DNA of 6,242 bases, taken from Octopus sinensis (lineage: Eukaryota). The notes under the pieces are model-generated. The model was given only the letters and a program-made list of their open reading frames with translations, made no database searches and had not been told where the DNA came from. The stretch spans positions 1-6,242 of the forward strand of contig NW_021829404.1 in assembly GCF_006345805.1 (NCBI RefSeq), read 5' to 3'. This document shows positions 1-6,242 of this stretch, piece by piece; the stretch's first letter is position 1; each line of letters opens with the position of its first letter. The position numbers and the translations under genes are program-made.

Positions 1-5
1 CACAC

Positions 6-39
<34 letters not shown>

Positions 40-52
40 ATATATATATATA
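1..52. repeat. (CA)n followed by (TA)n microsatellite
   Basis: Direct reading: cacacaca... to about 29, then tatatata... to about 52. Confidence 0.97.
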
Positions 53-89
53 ATTTTATCTGTACATAACAGCGTACATATAATGACAC

Positions 90-192
90 GTACATGCATA
101 CATACATACATGAACATACATGCAAATGCATACACACATGAATACATACACACATACATACATTCATACATACATACATACATACATACATA
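90..192. repeat. Imperfect (CATA)n/(CA)n microsatellite
   Basis: Tandem cata units. These explain the HTYI-repeat pseudo-ORF 120..335. Confidence 0.95.
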
Positions 193-340
193 CCAACAAA
201 TTTGCGCAAAAACTTAGAAATTCTTGTTGTTTGTATTTAGGAATGGTCATTTTGCGTTCAGCCAATAAAAACACACGCACTATATATTTGGTGTTAATTT
301 GCTTCAGCTTTATTTATTTTTTACATTACTCTTAATCTTA

Positions 341-383
341 TTTCGGCCAGAGTTCTTTCATCACACTCCTGTGACCTCATCAG
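341..383 (-). ncRNA. Hammerhead-ribozyme-like core (CUGAUGA, stem II, GAAA), incomplete; possible Penelope-like or retrozyme relic
   Basis: Minus strand reads CTGATGA GGTCA cag GAGT gtgatgaaaga ACTC TGGCC GAAA. GGTCA/TGGCC pair (one G-U), GAGT/ACTC pair, and the G10.1-C11.1 pair is present. AATAAA follows twice (plus-strand tttatt at 313-318 and 309-314). No stem I partner was found. Confidence 0.35.
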
Positions 384-816
384 TGGTCCTTTGCCTTCTT
401 CTTTCTTATTTTTGTGTCTCTCCTTACTAACGGTCAGCCATTTTGAAATTGAGGAATTCTTGGTTTCAAGCAAAATGAGGAAAAGAAACTGAAGGGAATT
501 AAAATCTTAAATACTGAATATGTTTCGTGAACACACTTGCATCTTTTGGACGTTATAGTTAGATAGATTTTTGTTTATTCAAATTATATATTACTGTTTT
601 ATTTTAAAAGTTAGTATTAGACAGCTAACTTTAGGCATATTGTGTTGGAATGTCCTATAATTATGTCCTAGATGGAGATGTAATCTAACAAAAAGGAGAA
701 ATATTTTCCAGTTGAGGCACAGACAATGATGGCATATATCTCAATAAACCAGATGCACTGAGTTTGGCGTTTTCTCTGAAGCTGCGCAATTTTGTGATAT
801 TTAGTAGTTTCTTTAA

Positions 817-1050
817 CCCTTCAGCATTCAGATTATCAAATGTAAATGCTTATTATTCCCATTGTTTCGAATTTCTTGTGCATTATCTTGTTGTGTTGAG
901 ATTTCAATGACGTCATTGTTTTTTTCATTCTAAAAATAAGCAATTTAGAATGGCATAGCAGTGTAGGGGAGAGGGCTCATATCTTGCTGGCTTGAACATA
1001 AAACAGGTGGAGTATTTCGGCCTGTTATGGCCGGTTTAAATGCGAAAGGG
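817..1050. mobile_element. Non-autonomous piggyBac-type MITE, 234 bp
   Basis: TTAA at 813-816 and 1051-1054 flanks CCC...GGG ends. The left TIR CCCTTCAGCATT matches the reverse complement of the right end CCCTTTCGCATT at 10/12. TTAA duplication plus CCC termini is the established piggyBac signature. No ORF. Confidence 0.85.
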
Positions 1051-1124
1051 TTAAGACTATCGGATGCAAATACATTATCTTATCTGTTTGGTGCTATAAT
1101 TAGTGAAAGTTAATCGTAAATACA

Positions 1125-1318
1125 GGCGCGTGTCATAATGGTTAGAGAGCTGAGCTCGCGATCGTTAAGCCAATGTCTGCGATTCGTAGGCCAGGCAGGG
1201 CCTTGCGTCCTTGAACAAGTCACTTTGTTTCACGTTGAGCTTGTTTCCTCAATTAAAAATTAGTTCCAGCCGATTATAGTTCAACCCTCAATTACTCCAC
1301 TTGTCACAGCCGAAATTT
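1125..1318 (+). mobile_element. Decayed tRNA-derived CORE-like SINE (copy H)
   Basis: tRNA-like head GGCGCG TGTCATAATGG TTAG with a degenerate A box at 1131-1141 and degenerate B-box region near 1175-1186. It is followed by GTCCTTGAACAAGTCACTTTGTTTCACGTTG (1207-1237), which resembles the CORE-SINE motif CCTTGGGCAAGTCACTT. The family assignment (octopus OR-type CORE SINEs) is from recall and the 3' boundary is approximate. Confidence 0.6.
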
Positions 1319-1337
1319 GTTGATGTTAAAATATTGA

Positions 1338-1470
1338 TTTTTCAAACGTTGGGACAAGGCTAACAATTTCTGGGGAGTGGCTAAATCGATTACATCGATC
1401 TCGAAAGGTTGAAAGGCAAAGTTAACCTCGCTGGAATTTGAACTCAGAACGTGAACACCGACGAAATGCC
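1338..1470 (-). mobile_element. tRNA-derived SINE copy A: head-truncated, tail type 3, 32-nt internal deletion
   Basis: Shares GAAAGG.TGAAAGGCAAAGT..ACCTCG..GGAATTTGAACTCAGAACGT with B-F. It stops at GAAATGCC, where copy B begins. Confidence 0.85.
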
Positions 1471-1701
1471 TATTTCTTTACCACCCACAAGGGGCTAAAT
1501 ACAGAAGGGACAAACAAGGACAGACAAACGGATTAAGTCGATTATATCGACCCCAGTGCGTAACTGGTACTTATTTAATCGACTCCGAAAGGATGAAAAG
1601 CAAAGTCGACCTCGGTGGAATTTGAACTCAGAACGTAGCGGTTGACGAAAAACCGCTAAGCATTTCGCCCGGCACGCAAACGTTTCTGCTAGCTCGCCGC
1701 C
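1471..1701 (-). mobile_element. tRNA-derived SINE copy B, full length, tail type 1
   Basis: Minus strand starts GGCGGCGAGCTAGCAGAAACGTTTG (A-box-like) and carries B-box-like GAGTTCAAATTCC (plus-strand 1617-1629). It ends CCCCTTGTGGGT...AAAGAAATA and aligns end to end with D and E. Confidence 0.92.
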
Positions 1702-1707
1702 TTATAG

Positions 1708-1924
1708 TCTTTTCTATTCTAGACACAAGGCCCGAAATTTTGGGGGAGGCGGGGCCTGTCGATTAGATAAAACTCAGTGCGCAACTGGTACTTAATTTAT
1801 CGACCCTGAAAAGATGAAAGGCAAAGTGTCGACCTTGGCGGAATTTGAACTCAGAACGTAAAGACAGACGAAATACCGCTAAGCATTTCGCCCGGCCTGC
1901 TAACGTTTCTGCCAGCTCACCGCC
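1708..1924 (-). mobile_element. tRNA-derived SINE copy C, full length, tail type 2
   Basis: Same head and body as B/D/E. The tail differs: plus strand tcttttctattctagacacaaggcccgaaattttgggggaggcgggg. Confidence 0.92.
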
Positions 1925-2383
1925 CTTATTACTTTTAAGATATTAGCTAAATATTACAGGGAGGAAGCTACTATTTTAATATCGCTACTTAGAGTAATTT
2001 GTTTAAGTTGAATAGCTTGACAACGAGTTTCCTGACTTATCCCGTTTCGCATTTTTGGAGTTTAATAATCTGACTTATGTCTTCCATCATTAATTGAATG
2101 GAATGTATTGGGAACGAAATTTAGAATATGTGTGCCAATTAAATTTGAAATTACTGTAGTTTGAATAGCTCTCACGCCAGCATCGAGAAGTTAGAACTAT
2201 ATGACTTTCCTATACGCAATTATTGAAGAAAAGACTCGATTTTCTACCATGGTTTATTACATGTGTGTCCAATGTATGTGACAATGGAGTGAAGTTAGAC
2301 AAATTTTTGTAGTATTGCAATGACGATGTAATAAAGGAACTTTAAGTTGTAATGGGAATAGATTACATTCAGTTAATTATTAA

Positions 2384-2463
2384 TATATGCATGTGCGTAT
2401 TTGTGTGCGGATATTCATGCGTGTATATATGTATGTATTTATGTATATGAATTAGTGCGTGTG
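2384..2463. repeat. Degenerate (TG)/(TATG) microsatellite
   Basis: atatatgcatgtgcgtatttgtgtgcg...gtatatatgtatgtatttatgtatatg. Confidence 0.8.
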
Positions 2464-2520
2464 TTCGTTCCTTGCCACTGTAACATCATTTCAAAAGAAG
2501 TAAAATAACAAAGCAATCGA

Positions 2521-2640
2521 AGGAGTGGGAGGGGAGGAATGGCTGGAGGAGGCGAACGGGAGGAGGAGGAGAAGCTGTAGGAAAGAAAAAGATAAAATTA
2601 GCAAGAAAATAAAGAAAATAATCATCAGAAATGTTTCATA
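2521..2640 (+). repeat. Purine-rich low-complexity tract: GGA-rich, then A-rich
   Basis: aggagtgggaggggagg...gggaggaggaggagaag followed by gaaagaaaaagataaaa... Confidence 0.8.
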
Positions 2641-2696
2641 AAAAGGCGAAAACAATTATGTGAGAAGACAAAAAGATATATGTGTGCATGTATATA

Positions 2697-2724
2697 CAGA
2701 TAGATAGAGAGGTAGAAATAGAGA

Positions 2725-2768
<44 letters not shown>

Positions 2769-2772
2769 TGGG

Positions 2773-2804
<32 letters not shown>

Positions 2805-2989
2805 CAGATAGATAGATAGACAGACAGAGAGATAGATAGAGAGGGAGAGGTAGGGAGGTAGGGAGGTACGAAGGTAGGTAGATAGATAGAAAGAGAGAGA
2901 GAAATAGACAGATAGAGAGAGAGAGAGGTAGATTGCTAGCTAGAGAGAGGGAGAGAGAGATAGAGAGAGGTAAGTAGATAGATATTGAG

Positions 2990-3020
<31 letters not shown>

Positions 3021-3040
3021 GATAGATAGATAGATAGATA
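2697..3040. repeat. Compound (GA)n/(GATA)n/(GACA)n/(GGTA)n microsatellite
   Basis: Includes a perfect (GA)15 at 2727-2756. The tract continues at 3260-3301 beyond SINE D. It explains the SL/YLSI pseudo-ORF 2656..3087. Confidence 0.97.
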
Positions 3041-3259
3041 TATTTCTTTATTGCCCACAAGATGCTAAACATAGAGGGGGCAGACAAAGGGATTAAGTCG
3101 ATTACATCGACCCCAGTGCGTAACTGGTACTTAATTTATCGACCCCGAAAGGATGAAAGGCAAAGTCGACTTCGGTGGAATTTGAACTCACAACGTAACG
3201 GCAGACGAAATGTGGCTACGCATTTTGCCCAGCGTGCTAACGTTTCTGCCAGCTCGCCG
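3041..3259 (-). mobile_element. tRNA-derived SINE copy D, near full length, tail type 1, embedded in GATA/GACA microsatellite
   Basis: Aligns with B/E, with a 10-nt tail deletion and the first two head bases missing. Microsatellite lies on both flanks, so a TSD cannot be defined. Confidence 0.92.
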
Positions 3260-3301
3260 AGACAGATAGATAGACAGACAGAGATAAAGAGGGAGAGAGA
3301 G
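3260..3301. repeat. Continuation of the GATA/GACA/GA microsatellite
   Basis: agacagatagatagacagacagagataaagagggagagagag. Confidence 0.9.
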
Positions 3302-3530
3302 AAATTAAAGAAGGTACGAATCGAGAGAGATAAAACAATAAAGACGAAGAAGGAATCTATTTGTATGAAAAGCCAGAGTGAATTTGTTGGCCTCAACCCA
3401 AATTCAATTCACTTGTAAAAGGTTACATTTAGGCTGGTTTTGTTTACAAACAAAAACTCTCCTAAGCGTGTGAACTAGTTGTCTGATAGTTTTCACGGTA
3501 ATATTTTCACTTTAATATTCTCATAAGCCT

Positions 3531-3632
<102 letters not shown>

Positions 3633-3966
3633 ATCACGGGTTTTTTAAAGCGAAAATAGGTGGGAAGCCAGATGAGAAGAATGGACGACGATAAGATCTG
3701 GGCGAGTAGAAAGAAGGAAACTACAAACGTACTCGCGTTTTTGATCGCACGAGAATACGAAAGAATAAAAATATGACATAACGCACATCTGCAAACAAAT
3801 ACAATTACGAATTTTCCCCACCGCCTCCACCCCCACCGCCAGTGTCAGGATTTGAAGTCCTAATTTCTCATGACACACAAGGGTGTTAATTATGTAATAG
3901 TTCTCCTCCCGTTTTGTTTACACCATGAATTAAGTAGCTCACATCTTTAATGGGGTACCATCATTT

Positions 3967-3995
3967 TATATATATATTTATATATAATATATATA

Positions 3996-4041
<46 letters not shown>

Positions 4042-4063
4042 ATGTGAGTGTATGTGTGTGTGT
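3967..4063. repeat. Imperfect (TA)n followed by (TG)n microsatellite
   Basis: Direct reading. It explains the YIYI and VCVC pseudo-ORFs. Confidence 0.97.
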
Positions 4064-4111
4064 GGTAATAAATATATTATTTCCGTCGTATACGGGTCTT
4101 GTGAGCGAAAT

Positions 4112-4310
4112 TGAGTCCACTAAAATCATGTGCCATAATTCAAACGTACAACGTTGTCACAGTGTGTCACGCGGATTCCGGCTGCCTGAGATTTATGCTA
4201 AAGGTACACGTGGCTGCGTAAAAAAAAAAAAAAATAAAACCGCCCATTAAGCGCTCGTTCAATGAACTAAAGTGCTCCACTGATCGAATATCTGGTCAGA
4301 AATTCTGACC
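4112..4310 (+). mobile_element. Decayed body/3' part of the CORE-like SINE family (copy I), interrupted by A15
   Basis: Shares TTGTCACAG with copy H (4154-4162 vs 1301-1309). TGTGTCACGC...CCTGAGA...AAAGGTACACGTG resembles a recalled octopus SINE body (unverified). An A run lies at 4220-4234. Boundaries are approximate. Confidence 0.45.
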
Positions 4311-4399
4311 GAGAACCACATTCTTTAATTTATTTATACACGAGTTTCGGCGGCCTTATGTATCAGTTTAGATGTTTACGAAACCATATTATGTAACTA

Positions 4400-4640
4400 T
4401 TTCTAATACAGTCAAATGCCAGCAAATTTTGAGGAGATGCGTTTTAAGGAGAGGCGTACTACCATCGAACCTAGTATATATAGTAGTAAATGGCTGCTAC
4501 TAAATTTCTATCCACCCAGAATGGTTGAAATACAAAGTTAAGTTTGGTCGGATTTGAACCCAGAACTTTACAAGATGGTAGAAATGCCGGCAAGTATTAT
4601 TCTGACGTATACATTCAATGTAGTCGACGTACACCTCCCC
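4400..4640 (-). mobile_element. Highly decayed copy (G) of the A-F SINE family
   Basis: Collinear remnants: CATCGAACCTAGT, TTGAAATACAAAGTT, GGATTTGAACCCAGAAC (B-box region) and GAAATGCCGGCAAGTATT, plus a tail resembling A/C (GCCAGCAAATTTTGAGGAG). Confidence 0.55.
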
Positions 4641-4692
4641 ACGAAATTGCTTTGCCAAAATTTAAAACGAATAGGTTTTCAACGTTTAATAT

Positions 4693-4730
4693 GGCGAGCT
4701 GACTGAATGCTTAGCGGCATTTCATCCGTC
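4693..4730 (+). mobile_element. Head fragment (J) of the A-F SINE family in the opposite orientation, A-box region deleted
   Basis: GGCGAGCTG actg AATGCTTAGCGGCATTTCATCCGTC versus the head of B-E, GGCGAGCTG GCAGAAACGTTAGCACGCCGGGCG AAATGCTTAGCGGTATTTCGTCTGCC. Confidence 0.65.
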
Positions 4731-4742
4731 GCCTAAACTTGA

Positions 4743-4996
4743 CTTGATGACGAACATCTGTTGTCACCTGTTGGGTGGATCCGACGATCACATGCGTCCT
4801 TGGTGAAGATCATCCAGCTGGCTTTCTTTCACAGGGAAGAACTGGAAGTCTTTATTTGTCTGGTGGACATGGGGAAATTGTTTATGGAGGTTGAAAATAC
4901 ATTCTTCTTTCTTTGGCCAATCGCTTGTCAACTTTTTGAAGAGAAACTTGAAAAAGATGAGGGTGGACAGGGAAGTGCAGAACAAAAAATACTTCA
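4743..4996 (+). pseudogene. Probable frameshifted fragment of L1/Tx1-clade LINE ORF2 C-terminus
   Basis: One frame reads LDDEHLLSPVGWIRRSHASLVKIIQLAFFHREELEVFICLVDMGK. After a frameshift it reads GQSLVNFLKRNLKKMRVDREVQNKKYF. Both segments resemble the post-zinc-knuckle end of Tx1-like ORF2 as I recall it. No RT or endonuclease motif is present and no search was run. Confidence 0.5.
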
Positions 4997-5117
4997 TCTT
5001 TATTATCATCGTCATTTTTAGGGTTGAATTGCCGCTACGTCCAGCTAAATCTCCCCAAGGGTAAATGGTCACATATCGGAACCGCTCAGTATCATGCTTT
5101 TTGTTCGTTACGGTTGT

Positions 5118-5345
5118 ATTCTTTCGTTTCTCACAAGGGGCTAAACACAGAGGGGACAAACAAGGACAGACAAACGGATTAAGTCGATTACATTGACCCC
5201 AGTGGTAAACTGTACTTAATTATCGACCCGAGAAGGATGAAAGGCAAAATCGACCTCGGCGGAATTTGAACTCAGAACGTAACGGCAGACATAATACCGC
5301 TAAGCATTGCGCCCGGCGTGCTAACGGTTCTGCCAGCTTGCCACC
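5118..5345 (-). mobile_element. tRNA-derived SINE copy E, full length, tail type 1
   Basis: Aligns end to end with B and D. Head reads GGTGGCAAGCTGGCAGAACCGTTAG on the minus strand, with B-box-like GAGTTCAAATTCC. Confidence 0.92.
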
Positions 5346-5358
5346 TTAATATAATATA

Positions 5359-5515
5359 TATTTCTTTATTGCCCACAGGGGGTTAAACACACAGGGGACA
5401 AACAAGGACAGACAAAGAGACTAAATTGATTACGTCGACCCCAGTGCGTCACTGGTACTTGTTTAATGGACCTCGAAAGGAGGAAAAGCAAAGTCCACTT
5501 CGGCGGAATTTGAAC
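5359..5515 (-). mobile_element. tRNA-derived SINE copy F, 5'-truncated at the B box, tail type 1
   Basis: Tail and body align with E. Similarity ends abruptly after plus-strand GGAATTTGAAC at 5515. Confidence 0.88.
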
Positions 5516-5730
5516 GTTGTCGAAATATTGCAACTCATACTGATGATGAGTGAATGAGGGTTAGGTTAGCTGGGCGGCATTACGTAAGCTTGTTAAGTAG
5601 GTTCGAGTCATATGTACGGCGGCCTCGGATCAAAAGAAATATACTTATATGAACATGTGTGTCAGTTGGTCATTATATCAAGTGCTTTTGACACGTGAGC
5701 TGTCTCTTCAACAACAAATGTTCGTCAAAA

Positions 5731-5821
5731 GGTTGCTGTTGTTGATGTTGTTGCGGTTGCCATAACTGATAACGAGGATGATAATGTTGAAAATTTATAT
5801 AATGATGATGACGGCGATGAT
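5731..5821. repeat. Degenerate (GTT)n then (GAT)n trinucleotide repeats
   Basis: gttgctgttgttgatgttgttgcggttgc...gatgataatg...aatgatgatgacggcgatgat. Confidence 0.85.
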
Positions 5822-5835
5822 ACACTTGAATGCAA

Positions 5836-5965
5836 GTGTGTGTGTGCTTCTGTGCGTTTGATTGTGCATGTGCGTGTATGTGCGCATATCTATGTGTTCA
5901 CGTGTGTTTATGCACACATGTGTCTGCCGTGTGTGTGTGTGTGTCTGTGTGTGTGTGTGTGTTTG
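5836..5965. repeat. Imperfect (TG)n microsatellite
   Basis: Direct reading. It explains the CVCV and THTH pseudo-ORFs. Confidence 0.95.
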
Positions 5966-6242
5966 CCTGTATTTCTGCACATGTAACGTAATGCTTTTTT
6001 TATATAAGAGATTACACGTAACAACTTCAAGTAATTTAATACGAGTAATTATAATATACAAGCTTTTAGTTTTTCTTATTTCTAAGTGTGTTAGCGATGT
6101 AGAGAAGTTGTTGCAAATTTAGAATTAAACTAGTTAATGGTTCACCAAGGAATCGTAGAAATACTAGAATTTCTCCAAGACAATATAGTATACAGAATAC
6201 ACCCTGAATTCCGCTCAAAAGAAGGAACATGTTTTCAGGCAG

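Noticed and set aside
260-287. AGCCAAT plus TATATAT as a plus-strand promoter
   Set aside because: The spacing is short, both motifs are common in AT-rich DNA, and no downstream gene is visible.
120-335. 71-aa ORF
   Set aside because: Its N-terminal part is translated (CATA)n, and the rest shows no recognisable motif.
650-670. ATGTCCTA-TAATT-ATGTCCTA as an 8-bp hAT excision footprint
   Set aside because: It is equally explained by a partial 13-bp tandem duplication, and no element ends remain.
2521-2570. G-quadruplex
   Set aside because: Only three G3+ runs with a long third loop, so it fails the canonical pattern. Two-tier GGA structures cannot be excluded.
2656-3418. ORFs 2656..3087, 3062..3418 and 3136..3396
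   Set aside because: They are read-through of GA/GATA microsatellite and SINE D, and these repeats are stop-poor in some frames.
3645-4250. ORFs 3645..3878, 3947..4129 and 4038..4250
   Set aside because: They are short, partly TA/TG-repeat or poly(A) derived, and carry no recognisable domain.
4335-4366. Second hammerhead-like string on the minus strand (CTGATAC...GCCGAAACTCGTGTA)
   Set aside because: The core reads CUGAUAC rather than CUGANGA, and neither stem I nor stem II is convincing.
5025-5048. GAATTGCCGCTACGTCCAGCTAA as another SINE head remnant
   Set aside because: It is too short and needs two gaps to align.
4788-5159. 123-aa minus-strand ORF with a faint likeness to Penelope RT (HVHQTNKDFQF..KE)
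   Set aside because: It begins inside SINE E, lacks a YVDD-type motif, and is better explained as the antisense of the plus-strand LINE remnant.
5558-5610. GGGTTAGGTTAG as telomeric repeat, and TAGCTGGGCGG/GGTTCGAGTC as an A/B box pair
   Set aside because: There are only about two telomere-like units. The boxes are imperfect, start 33 nt apart (shorter than in tRNA), and there is no cloverleaf.
5795-6122. ORFs 5795..6061 and 5862..6122
   Set aside because: They are translated (TG)n/(CA)n repeats.

Overview
Non-coding, AT-rich eukaryotic DNA packed with mobile elements and microsatellites. I can support no intact protein-coding gene, rRNA, true tRNA or CRISPR array. The SINE families and microsatellite density resemble Octopus/cephalopod DNA; this comes from recall and was not searched. 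The window holds six clear minus-strand copies of one tRNA-derived SINE (A 1338-1470, B 1471-1701, C 1708-1924, D 3041-3259, E 5118-5345, F 5359-5515), one very decayed copy (G) and a plus-strand head fragment (J). It also holds two decayed pieces of a second, CORE-like SINE (H, I), a 234-bp piggyBac-type MITE with TTAA duplications (817-1050), a probable frameshifted L1/Tx1-clade LINE ORF2 remnant (4743-4996) and many simple repeats. The supplied ORFs are microsatellite or SINE artefacts, apart from the one overlapping the LINE remnant. The best lead is a minus-strand hammerhead-ribozyme-like core at 341-383 (CUGAUGA, stem II, GAAA) followed by AATAAA, but stems I and III cannot be completed in this copy. 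The other main lead is the SINE biology: head-to-tail arrays, different 3' tails sharing a CUUGU loop, and conserved stems. I cannot claim a new system from this window alone.
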